Shown piece by piece: positions 38,746-50,726 of a stretch of 64,000 bases of DNA (within the stretch, counting starts at the first letter, position 1; each line of letters begins with the position of its first letter). Under the pieces are notes generated by a model, which had not been told where the DNA came from, did not search any database, and saw nothing but the letters and a program-made list of their open reading frames with translations. The stretch is from Camelus dromedarius (taxonomy: Eukaryota): positions 114,268,001 through 114,332,000 of the forward strand of contig NC_087436.1 of NCBI RefSeq assembly GCF_036321535.1, in the 5' to 3' direction. Made by a program: the position numbers and the translations under genes.

Positions 38746-39042
38746 ACCTTTATTGTGGCATGGTTCCTGTGCAGTAAACCACACATATTTCAGATGTACA
38801 ATTTGATGAATTTTGATAGATGGATACACCAATGAAACCACCACCACAATCAGGATACCTAACATTTCCATCACTTCCCAGGAGGTGCAATTTTCCAATT
38901 CCCAGTTTATCCCCTCCCATCCCCTTTCCTCCCTGGTAACCATAAGTTTGTTCTCTATGTCTGTGTGTCTGTTTTTGTTTTGTAGATAAGTTCATCTGTG
39001 TCCTTTTTTTAAGATTCTGCATATAAGCGATATCCTACAGCA
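38682..39042 (-). mobile_element. L1 3' end with variant terminus and (TTTA)n tail
   Basis: (TTTA)n ~38684-38743; standard UTR part 38886-39042; putative TSD ttttc[t/c]tta (38673-38681, 39043-39051). Confidence 0.88.
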
Positions 39043-41261
39043 TTTTCCTTACTCTCATAGTTGGAGATGTTCTTGATCAGCACTCAGTAGACTCTCTGTT
39101 CCTATTAAACTTGTTTGATTACTTCCTTTTCTCTCCTAAACGAATTGATCAAAGTCAGAGACGTTGTATGTTGTGTTTACCATTTTATTTCCCTACTTCT
39201 CTGGAGAGGAAGGTATTAAAGTAGCTGGCATGTGATTCATTTTTCTCTCAGTTATCAGAGAACAGTCTAGGGAAAGGAAAAAAAGGAAGGTACCCCAATC
39301 TGATCTCTTATAAACATGCTGATAACTGGACTTCATGGCAAATAAAGTTATGATAGTTCCTGGAAGAGGGTAATTATTTATGACCAGTCTTTAGCAGGAT
39401 GTCCCTGGTTTACCATCACTTGTGGTAAATAAACCTAGAATCTATGGATTTAATGATTTCTCAGGACACATAATCTAAGTTGTACAACTGAGGTATAAAA
39501 TGGAGGTGTTCCTTAACCCAAACACTCTCTTCTATGTGCAGAAGCTTGCAAGCCTTACTTAAGGGCTTTACCTATCATGGTAAACCAGAGACTTCATATC
39601 TGATGCAGGAAGGAAAGACCTGGGGAGTCATACAGAACATCCCAGACCTCTACCTGCTTCACCTGTTCCACTCGACTATTTGCATCCCCAAAATTATTAG
39701 TAAATCTTGGCACCAGGTGAGATTTTTGATTCATGTAAGTCAGATTTGACAATCCAATCCTCTTTGTTAGCTCACTAGCTTAGTGGCTGCCTCAATAAAT
39801 ATTGGTCAACCTAATACCCAGACAGAATGTGCCTTATTATAAGTTAGTTCTCATTGCTAGAATTATTACAACTGAAGCTAAAAGACAATCTTTCAAGGAT
39901 ACCTTCTGGGAAGATTTTGTGTTTGATGACAACTTGTCCAAGATTAAATTTTAAAGGCCTCCAAAGTTAGTATTCCATAATATAATGGTCCAGCTTTGAA
40001 AGCTTGGATCTCATGTACTCAAGTCTCACCCCAGACCTCAGTTAAATAATCAGCAACCTGCAACAGCATAAACTTCAACATATGTGGCTCCTGCTGCCAC
40101 AGAACGACTTGAGAGATGGAGCCAAGAATCCCTGACTCTTTTCAAGGCCATTTAAAAAAACCTTGAGATAATTTTAATACGTTGGTTCTATGATCTTCAT
40201 AAGAATCTTGTGAGATTATAAGGAGGAAAAGGTATTATTCTCTCTGTTTAGGAAATTAGACTCAGGAAAAATGATTTTTCCAAACGCACACAGCTAATAT
40301 TTAGCAGAAGTGGGCCTCAAATCCTGATCTTTGTCCTCCAGAGTCAGCACTCTTTCTTTAATGTTTGAATGTCTATTTCATTCTTACCAACTATGGGCAA
40401 AGAATTAGCCACTAACTTCTTTGAATCTCAATTCTCTCTTCTGCAAAATGGCAACAATAATAAGCCCTACCTCACATACAACATTATGAATGTTTTATGA
40501 TAGCAAATGTATGTTCAGTAATCTGATAAAATTCAGAGCACTGATGGAATATCATAATAATGATTCTGTGTCTCCACAAGTTTTGTAATCTCATATCGTT
40601 TTCACATTCATTATCACTTTTTGTTCCAACCACCCTGCAAGACAAACAGGGTAGATATTTTCTTTCTCTTTACAAGAAGTAAAAATCATGACTTAAGAGG
40701 TTAGATGAATTGTCTAACTATGCAGAACTGAGAGTAAAACTTCTTCCTGTCTGATTCTAAAGCTCTATGCTAGGTGCTACAAAGACTTTACAAAACAGCA
40801 AGAAATTTTACTTTGCCTTTTCTTGAGAAATATACAGCATTGTGAACATGTAAGTCTATTTAATATGTGATGTATGTTATGTAGAAAATGTAAGCCATCT
40901 TGGAAATAAGGTATATGCTATGGTTCAAACAGTATTCAGAAATCAAAGGTAAAGGGTGTTTTATTGTCCATTCAGTATATGCAGAAATCACCCTTCAGTC
41001 AGAAAACCAATAGAACTATGACCACCCCTGAATTCCAAGTATATACAGATAGTGTGCTAGGCACATTGCAGATGTTTTCTGAATCCTTGGTTTTATGAAT
41101 AATTAACTCTGAGGCTCGTGTATAAATAGAGAAGTAATAAAATGATCTTGATTTTTTTCCCAGATCCATGCATTGGTAGCCAAAGTTTTCCCAAGGAATT
41201 CACTTAACCAAAGTTTCACTGACTTCTTCAGTAAAATAGAGATTCGAGTACTTGTAAGATT

Positions 41262-41708
41262 TGCTAGGAGAAGAATTTCAGCTGTCCACTAAATTCTATG
41301 CTTCCTTTCTTTAGTGCAGAATTAAGTTGCATTTTCTAGCCTCTCTTGCAATTTAGTCATGTAACTAGGTCTGATCCAATGGGATGTGAGTGGAAGTGAC
41401 ATGCACCATGTCAATATCTGGGCCACAGAAACTTCCACACTCCTTTGTGTTCTTCTCCTTCATGTGGCCGGGGACCAAGAATAATCATTAGGACAGCCAT
41501 GGAAGCCATGTGTTGAATGTGGCAGAACCAACCTGAGTCCCTGAAAGACTTCATGAAGCAGAAATTGTCACCCCACCACCAACCACCTCTGCTGACTTGA
41601 ACTATCCCTGTTCAACACTTAAGTGAGAAGAAATCAAGCCTTCATTGTGTTTCAGCTGCTAATTTTTTAGCTTCTTTCTTACAGTGAGTTAGCCCATATA
41701 AACTAATA
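41262..41708 (+). mobile_element. MLT1I/MLT1J-like MaLR LTR
   Basis: ctagcctctcttgca...ccaatgggatgtgagtggaagtga...aagccatgtgttga...aactaata. Confidence 0.75.
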
Positions 41709-43719
41709 AAAATCATAATGCACTCTGCAACTATAAAGGATTCTTTTCCTTCAATATTATTATTCTAAGTTCAGCTCTCTACCACTTTAATTTTTATGAC
41801 ATATGTCAACCTGTTTATTTTAATAATATGTTCACAGTAATGAAAATATATCCATATTGCTACTCTATAGTTTCTCTTAAGCTGTGGTTTTACCATGGCA
41901 ATTCTAAATTAAGGGAAGTCAGTGGTTCCTAACACCAATTATCCAAGCTTGGAATGAACTAGTCACATCCTGTGAAAGAGGCAGTTTATAGATAGGTAAT
42001 TCCCATTACGACCAGGTAAATGAGACCCAGAGAGTTAAGTAATATGGTGTGATTTAGCAGTACCAAGGAGATCCTTCCCATTTAGCCTGTCTGCCACTTA
42101 CAGAACATTGCTGGAGAAAGGAGCACCACTAAAAATATTTTTTTAAAAAATTAATGGTAATTTGAACTGCCAAAGGGTTTCTAGTCTCTCCTACTTGATC
42201 TATCCAAAAATCACTTTCAATTATGCTTTGAGTTATTGTAAAGCACCACCTTACTCTTTTGTTCCCAAACTCATGGACTTTTAAAGACTCCCTAATTGTC
42301 CTTCACCCTGGCTTACAGGACTCTCCTCCAGAATCTGGCCCTATTTTGCCTTCAACCTTATTTTCCACCAGATAGACAGAGAGCTTTCCATGGGGTGGAC
42401 CCCAAGCATGGCCCACAGGAGGTAACTCCAATCCTGTGAACAAGTCTTCTCTCCTAGGAAAGGTGAAGGGACACCTCAGATGTTCCTGTGTCCCTACTCC
42501 CCCACAATTGCAGGAGAAGGAAAAGAGTTCACTTGCCATTGTTCTCAATATCCTTTCAAAAGTCAATATTAAGATTTCACCTGCTGTAACACCTAGCACA
42601 GCAGAGAGCTCTCCTGAGCTTTTTAAACCATCAAACCATCCTCATGCCAAAATACCAGTCCCACATGTAAATGGTGCTCCATTATCACCCATGGCTCTGA
42701 TCTGGCCCCAAATGACTTAAAGAAATCACCTCTGCAAACTATGCCCCCACTTGCTCAATTCTGTTATTATCCAACATGTGATCTTACCTGCTGGGTTCTG
42801 TGGCCCTAACTCCAGGCAAAGGCCTCTTCCCTCCAGCTCTGCCATCCCCATTCATCCCAGATGATGCTCCTCTCCCAGTCCCAGCCCTCTCAGCTTTGAT
42901 AAATTTTGCCCACTACCCAGTCCTATACCTGTGAGAGGACCCTACGAAACAAACCAGGATGTGTAGGAGGAGTTCAGTAAATGTCCACCAATCTCATCAT
43001 TTCAAATAGCTAAGAGTTGAGATAAATGTCAGTCTTTACTCCTCTCTTATTTCAATTCATAATAATAATGTAATTATTTATTAATTGCTGGCTATGATAG
43101 AAGCACAAGCTAATGAATTCATGCATCATGTTTACTGACTCTCAAAACAACCTCTAAGATAACTACTTCTATTATTTAACCCATTTCGTAATCAGAAAGC
43201 CAGTGCTCTGAGAGGCTGGGACCTTGGCCAAGCCCCTGCAGTGGTAGGAGGTAGTGGAGCCGAAATTTACCCCACGTTTCTCTGACTTTAGACCCTAGCC
43301 CGTAGTCTTCAGGGCCAACGGCAACACTGAGTACTACCCTTGGGTCCTCCCCTTTCTGAGGTGATGATGGGCTTCCTAATATGGTTTTATTCATTCCCAG
43401 AGGATTATGGAAACCCTCCCCTTTCATGTTCTGCCATTGATTCTGGGCTTTTGTTCCCCCTTGAACACTCATCTTTGTCTTTGCACACTGTGTTGGAGTG
43501 GCCTAGAAATGGGAAGACAATTTTCTAACTCCAACAGTTTGGGGAACCCTCAGCAAGTCATAGAACCTCTATGATTTTTATTGTTTCATCTGCAAAATGG
43601 GGGTAACTGTGTGAGCTTTGCTTTTTCCTGCCAGTTTTTCAGAATTGTGGTGAGAATCCAGGAGGCATTCCATAGGAGAGCATTTAAAAAAAAACAGCCA
43701 AAGCAAAACATGACTCCCT

Positions 43720-43892
43720 CTGTCTAGTGACCATCAGTGTGACCCAGAGGGCTTGTGAAACCCAGATCACGGGGGCCCTCCCTCCAATCTTCTGACTCAG
43801 TGATCTCAGAGGGACTGAGAATTAATGGCTCTGGCAAGTTCCCCAGGAGAGCTGATGCTGCTGTTTCAAGGACCACGTTTTGGGAACTACTG
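43720..43892. mobile_element. MER5A hAT-Charlie MITE
   Basis: gggcttgtgaaacccagat...ttctgactcagt...caagttcccca...gctgatgctgctg...gaccacgttttgggaactactg. Confidence 0.8.
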
Positions 43893-44949
43893 TCTCTGAA
43901 ACCCCTACCCTAAACCAAGGGCCCCAGGTCTCCTCACACGGTCATCTCCCTGGTGTGACAAGGAGGACAACACTGTGGGATGGATTTCTGTCCCTATCAG
44001 CCTCCCTAGGAACATCACAAACAAAGAAACAAAAGGAAATGAGTTTCGTTCTCAGAGAAGCTCTTTGTCCCCTGTCACCCTCCTGATGGGTTAATGTGAG
44101 GGCGGGCTGCCAAACTGAGAAGCCCTGGTGAGGGCTGAGCACAAAGGTGGGTGGGACTTACAGGCAGAGTTACAGCAGCCACCAAGCAGACAGGTGACAT
44201 GAGTCAGGGCAGTGATCTCTAAGAAACAATATTGTGACCCAGGGGATCCCAAGGCCCTTGGCAGCTAGCTCTGAGACAGGCCCTCTCATCCACACCAACA
44301 AAAGTACATGGTGTGCTCAGTGTGCTCCCAGGGACCCTCCAGGGAACGCTTTGGCCCAGATCTCCTGACAGGCTAATGGGAGTTTTTCCTTTTCCTAGCG
44401 AGGCAGCCATTCTCTCCTGGTGATGTTCTGAATATGTCTGTGGCTGATAACAGACTAATTTTCCCCAGAAAATGTCCTTTCCTTCTCCCCCTCTTCTTCA
44501 CCATTCCACACCTCCTGAAGGAGAGGAAGAGAAGGGAGGGAGAATGAATGCTTAGAAATCTTTCACAGTGTTCCTTTAGCCACCTCGTGCTGATGGGACC
44601 AGAATATGAAAATCAAGGCCAGCCTGCAGCCTCTTACCTGCCTCAGACATGGAGGTGGGACTGTGTTTCCCAGGGAACTGGGCACTTGGACAGCCTCACA
44701 CACCTGCTGCGGGTACCGAGATGCCACCATCACGCAGGTCAAGCTCTCTCTCCTCTCTTCTCTCGATTATAGGGAGCCGGGGGCACTGCTGCAGGATGCC
44801 CTGTGGTCACCTGATAGCTGTGCCTCCCCCTGGGAAACCCATGGGGAAAGGGGAAGGGGCAGGGACATTCACCTGGGGGTGCTTCTTCTTGATTTCTGCC
44901 TTCCGAGTTCTCCTGGGTAACCCACCACCCCCTTGCCTGGAACCGTCTG

Positions 44950-45650
44950 GGCTCCTCAGATACGCAAGTGACTCATTTTGCATCCATCAGAGATGAGACT
45001 TAAATAAATAAAAAGGTGCTTCGTGGGGCGGCTGGGCCTAATGATAAGCAATTATAGGAAACCAAATGAAGGCAGTGCTTTGTGCGGGCCTGTGAAATTG
45101 GTTAAGCAAAAAGAATAATGGCCCGTTTCAGTGATTCATCCCTTTGCTCATTTCAGAGGGAGCATTATCTCAGTTAAGTGATGCAATTAATATGAAAATG
45201 AGGGAATCATTGTTTAAGGAGATGAGAGGAAAGCGGGGAGGGGGCCGAAAGCCACAGTGGGAAGAATGGGGGCCACTGAGATGGAAATTTGCATAGGTCA
45301 GTAGCAATGTGACGCCTCTAGCAGGTATTCAAAGCTTAGCTCACATTGTAATACGTCGCCATTAAATTCTCATTACAGTGACCTGTGTCCAACACAATTC
45401 AATTTTTCAGAATCTTAATGATAAAAAGTTAATTACGTTAAGGTGAACACCTTTTGTACTGGGCCCTAAAATAAAACACAGAAAGGGCATTGTGAGAACC
45501 TCGGGACACTGCAGGTAGAGCCAGGGGTGTTTAAATTACTGTTTTATTAGCCGTAACATGATTTGCAGGTTGATTCTTTTTGTGAGCTTTGCAGATCTTT
45601 TGTAATGAAGTCAAGAGTGGTAAATAAGGTGTTTGCCTCTCCTCTTCGCT
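44950..45650. promoter_or_regulatory. Candidate conserved non-coding element / enhancer
   Basis: No recognisable repeat; octamer ATTTGCAT 45287-45294 abutting AGGTCA; three CATTGT; many TAAT/ATTA; GTAAATA; retained CpGs. Conservation not tested. Confidence 0.45.
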
Positions 45651-46030
45651 TTTTTTTTCCCTTCCTTGTTTCTCTAACGGTATTTTTCCACTCAGTAGCT
45701 GGCAGACCATCTTCCAAGGACTGGTTCACATCTTCAGACCTAGAGAAGGGAGAGAAGAGGGATGGAGGGTGGCGTGTGAGGCGCAGAGCTCAGAGCATCA
45801 GGAGTCACCACACTGGGATCAGGTACAGGGCTGTCACCAGCTCACCCTGTGCTCTGGGTAAGGCATTTCACACTCAAAGGGCTCCCACAAGAGGGAGAAA
45901 AGAGCATGACCTGGTTTTTGCAGCAGAGAATCACATGTAGCTTCTGCTACTTATCTGCTCAGTGTCCTTGAGCCAATTACCCAACCTCTCAGAGTTTCAG
46001 CATCCTCTTGGGAGAAAGAAATAATGAATC

Positions 46031-46208
46031 TATCAACTAAAAAAGTGCACAACCTGCAAGCTGAGAGTTATGTTTTACTCAGCAGACACTCTGAGGACTC
46101 GAACCCGGGAGGCAGCCTCTCAGATCGCTCTGAGACTGCTCTGAAGAGGCAAGGGAGGAGCCAGGATATCTAGGAGCTTTTGCAACAAAGACCAGTTAGT
46201 AGGAACAT
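46031..46208 (-). mobile_element. Truncated artiodactyl MER41-like ERV1 LTR
   Basis: gcacaacctgcaagctgagagttatgtttt...gcctctcagatcgctctgagactgctctgaagagg...gcaacaaagaccag; sits beside a MIR. Confidence 0.8.
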
Positions 46209-46279
46209 TCTCTCTAAGTCCAACACAAAGTATGTCTCCTTGCTTTTTGACTTTCCTGGGATACTGGCATGTCCTATTA

Positions 46280-46920
46280 ACAAATGTATTCATTGAGTGT
46301 TTACTAAGTATCTACCATGGCATGAGTGAAGAAGAAGGTAGTTCCTATCCTCCCTCAGATAACTCAAAGTGCAGAGAAGTTCAGGTTTGGGCACCATGAA
46401 CCATAGCACAGAGTGAGTGCTATAACAACAGAGAAGAAGGGGATATTGGTTTTGACTGAGGTGATCAGACAGTACTCCATAAAAGAGGTGGCACTTGAAC
46501 TGAACCTTAAAGGATGAGCGGGATTTAAATTACAGGTGAAAGAAAAAAAAGTGTTCCAGGCTGAAGGACTAGTACAAACAAATGCTTAGCGAGGTAAGTA
46601 GAAGGCATATTTGGCAAATAAGGAGTACTCCAGTGTTGTTAGAATATCTAGGGTACGTCATCTGGGACCAGATTGTCAAAGGCCTTGAGCACCTTGCAAG
46701 GATGTTGGACCTTTGCTGGTAGGCTGTGGGGAGACATTAAAGATTTTTTAAAAGATGAAAACAGACATGATTTAAGCCCTGTTAGGGGAACATGACTCTA
46801 CTACAGCATAAATCAAAAATTAAAGAAGCAGACGGTGAGACATGGGGCCATCACACTGCCGGCTGTTACAATGGTCCAAATGAGGAACGATGAGGCTCAC
46901 ACTGGGAGAGCAGCACTGAA
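46280..46920 (-). mobile_element. L2 fragment
   Basis: aacaaatgtattcattgagtg...gaggtggcacttgaactgaaccttaaaggatgag...gaccagattgtcaaaggccttg. Confidence 0.75.
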
Positions 46921-49847
46921 TGCGGGAATGCGTGGGGATGACAACTGTAATCTCAGCTTTGCTGCTTACTCAGTGCATGTCATTGGGCAAAGCCATTAAC
47001 CTCTCGGGGTCTCAGTACCCCCCACCCTCTACCCCTGGAAGAGGAGATTAATAATTACCTGCTAGGTCTCCTTCTCGGGACTATCACGGGGAACGTGATG
47101 ACAGAAATCACATACAGGGCTTTCCAAGTATAAAGAGTTGTTAACATTAGTGATGACGATAAAGCCTCTGCCTGCTGAAGGGAAAGCAGTCAGAGACCAC
47201 TGCGGGACCAGCAGCGCTGGAGGGGGGCAGGCCGGTCTTGACCGTTTCTGAAGCACTATCACCTCTAAGCCATCTGAAGCTTTTCTTAAGTCCCCTAACA
47301 CACCGCTCAGACAAATCCTGAATCAACTGCCCCAGCTTTGTCTTACTAATTTTGGACACTAAGCTAGCCTTTTATAGCCCTCACGTATCTCAGCACACAT
47401 ATTTTTCCCATTAGGCACACACATTCCAACCGCTGGGCATATTTAGAAAGTAAAGGAAAGACCTACATCTTACCTGAAGGCTAATGTCTGTAGGCAAGTG
47501 AGAAAATAGTACAAATTTCCTTATTAAGCAAATGGGCTATCTTTCCTGGCAGGAGAAAAGGAGACAATACAAAGTGTAGATCCCTGGGGACAAGACTTGG
47601 GCCATTACACTGGAAGTGTATTTCATTATTTCTGGCAGACAAAGGTGTAAGTAGGAGATGACATTGCTCAGACATTTAAATGATGTATTTGGCTTCATCG
47701 TAAGACCTTAAGGAGCCTGAAGCAGGAGTCTCCATGGAGTTCTCCACTTGCCTTCCATTCATCTTTTCTCCCTCATCTGCCCCAAGACCCCTAGCAAACC
47801 TCTTTCCCAAGGTCCAGTGCTGACGATCCATTTGCACAGAAATATCATAAAGAAATGATATCTGTCAAGTTCCAAATGCCCCAAACCATGATTTTTGGTC
47901 CCAAACTTCCTCCTCCCTCCTTTGGTCGCCTCTCCAAAAAACCCACTGAAACCCACTTTCCAAGGTAAGAGTCAGCATTCACTCCTCTTTGTTCTTACTC
48001 CCAAAGCCTACCTGGTCTTCAGGCCCTGTCAGGTCCCAAGTCGGCCCCAAGTCCACATGGATGTCTACAACAGGGACTCAGCCAGGATGGAGGGGACCTG
48101 ACGCCTCACAGCCCACTTCTCTTTATCTGCCACACCACAGAATCCCTTGACTAACTTCAGCATGAAAACAAAGATCAAGAAGGAAAAAAGTGGGTTCCGA
48201 ACAGCCCTGCATCAGCCCTGACACTAAAACCGGGAATGCACAGGAGCTGGCCTCCTGATTTATGGGGAGACCAGAAAACCAGGATATTCATTAGGGTCAT
48301 TACGTTTCTTAATAATGAGATTTCATTGACTTATAACCAGTTATAAGTTCACTGTCTTTTGCTCTGCATTGGTAATTGTTCTTACTCATTTTTACAGTGG
48401 CTAAATTATGAGATATGCTATATAGTTGTGAGAGGAACGGATGGATTTATGCATGTTCTGTGCTAGGCTGTGCATCTGAAAGTGAAATTTAAAGTGTTAA
48501 AAGAGTTCATGAGGAAGTCAATGTTAGCCTCCCTCACTCAGGTCCCCCGGCTCCTCAGACAAGAGATCCTCAACAAAGGAGAAAGTCCAGACCCCCATTT
48601 CACTCTGCCCTCATCATGACCAGGCTTCAGTTTGTGGCCCAAGCCTCCTGGAACAGTTTGAAATTCCAGGATTGGTTCACATTTGTTTCACAACCACTTA
48701 CCTAGAATCCCAGGTCATCTTAGTTACTCAAACTCTATTACGAAAAGAACGGTCTTCAAAGACCAAAATTATCACCATCATCATCATTATTTTTCTCCAA
48801 AATGCTTTGTGACCTTGAACAAGTAAGTCACTTAGAACCTTGAGCCTCCATTTTCCAGTATGTAACATATGAGTCAAAATAGCTTCTTCCTCCATATTAC
48901 AGGGCCTCACACCCAGAAAGTACTCAAGTCCTATTTGCTGCTAGCGATACTAATCACAGTAAGACATCAAGCCAAAAATTACCCAAATTCAAATCTACTG
49001 CCTGAGCAAAGGACCCCCCACTAGCGTGTGGTTTCTGTCTCTCAGACAAGCCTCGCGTTGCAGTTTAGGAGAGGAGACTGAAACAAACCACCATGTTACT
49101 CCCCAGAATGGTCCCCGCTACACACAGGAAAGTAGCCCTGCTTCACCAGCCCCAGGTGGATCATAAACTGCTTCTCATTAATCCCGATCTTACACACATA
49201 TACCCAGAGCGTTAGATACACAGACAATGACACTGGAGAAAGATTATCTTCGCAGCTAATGCAAGACTCTCCTTTGTGAAAGACCCTGAATTTTTGTTTG
49301 AGAATGAATAGTAGACGAGGTATTTCAGCTAAGGGGTGAGGCCCCAGGGAACACGCACAACCAGCAATAGACGCTTATTCTGCTGTTTTCTAAAAGAAGA
49401 TAGATTTTTTTCCGGCTGAGGGAACGTTGTTTTGTTAAACTGCTAGTTGTCTTTGCTCCATAAATCTAGGGACATGATCTGGGAAGGAAGAACATGCTCT
49501 GCTTAATATAAAGAGATGAAGAAGTTGGAGATCTCCCAAGAGAAAAACTAGGAGGAAAATTCCTAGGAGGAATCAAGCTTTCACGTTGGTTGGAGAAGAG
49601 AGAGGAGGGAATCCCAGAGGAGATGGGACTTCAGTGGCTGAGACTTCTTCTGGAATTTAAATATGAAGTGAGGGACTCCCTGCTTCTATCTGCCCTCGGC
49701 TTGAGGCAGGATGAAAAAAAGCAGACATAAGGGACTGAGGTGAGATCTGCAAGATGTATAGTGGGGCCAAATTAAAATAAGTTTAGTGAGGTTTGTTTCA
49801 CGGTTTACGTGATCAACAACAATTTACAGTGGTTGATCCATAAACGA

Positions 49848-50047
49848 CAGTAGTGCATCCATTCTAAGATGCACATATTTTTTCACACTTTAATTTCCCT
49901 GGGATCAGGATTCATCTTACAACTGATGATGTGCTCATGTTGATTGGCGATGTTTTGCTCTTTTTTTTTTCTTTCTTTCTAAGAGGGAAGGAGAAGAATG
50001 GGGGAGTCTTATCATCAGTGGCATCTTAGATTTTTTTTAAATGTGGC
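49848..50047. mobile_element. MER104-like TcMar MITE
   Basis: attctaagatgcacat at the left and ggcatcttagatt at the right form inverted ends. Confidence 0.75.
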
Positions 50048-50672
50048 AGTTGCTTCAATCGATGTGCCGATAGCTTCAACTCTCCAAACTGTGTTTCACA
50101 ACTACTGGCTTTATCACAGTCCTCAGGTTTACAGGGTCAGATCCTAAGCCCTCAAAAACAAGTTCTCTTAATTTTTCATTTCAGTTGACACCTCTTGGAT
50201 TTGGGAGAGTTCTTATCTGAGCTCTAACAGGAGATAAAGCACAGAGCAGAGGCAAATTTAATTTCACCTGACACCTTTGCCCCAAGCTGATTAGCCAGCT
50301 AACAATGGGCTTTGATTAACTCACTGCATCATAAATATTTTGAATCTTTCCACTTTCTTGTCACCACAAAGAAAGGAAATTCAGAGCCCTGCACCTCCAT
50401 AAGCAAATATTTTTAAGTCCACTTAGGCTGTGTCCTTTCTCTGCAAGGCTCATTGTTCATTCTTCCCATTCAGTGAAGGAAACTTATGTGATTTTTATTC
50501 CACACTTTTCTTCTCAAAGAAGAAACTTGAGCTTTTTAAATCTACCTTAGCCTAGTAGAGACTCTGAAAACCAAAACTCCACTACAGTATCTTTAACAGA
50601 ATGATGAGCCCAACACAAGACTCTTCCTCAATGACACTACAGACCTTTAGTGAAAACAACCAAGCACAGAAT

Positions 50673-50726
50673 ATGCACACGCGCGCGCACAAATACACAC
50701 ACACACAAACACATACACACACACAC
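50673..50726. repeat. Imperfect (CA)n/(CG)n microsatellite
   Basis: Directly visible. Confidence 0.9.

Noticed and set aside
47474..47545. Minus-strand 72-nt coding exon (good acceptor and CAG|GTAAGA donor)
   Set aside because: Stops in all three frames. It also shows that exon-like signal pairs occur on either strand, which weakens the plus-strand candidates.
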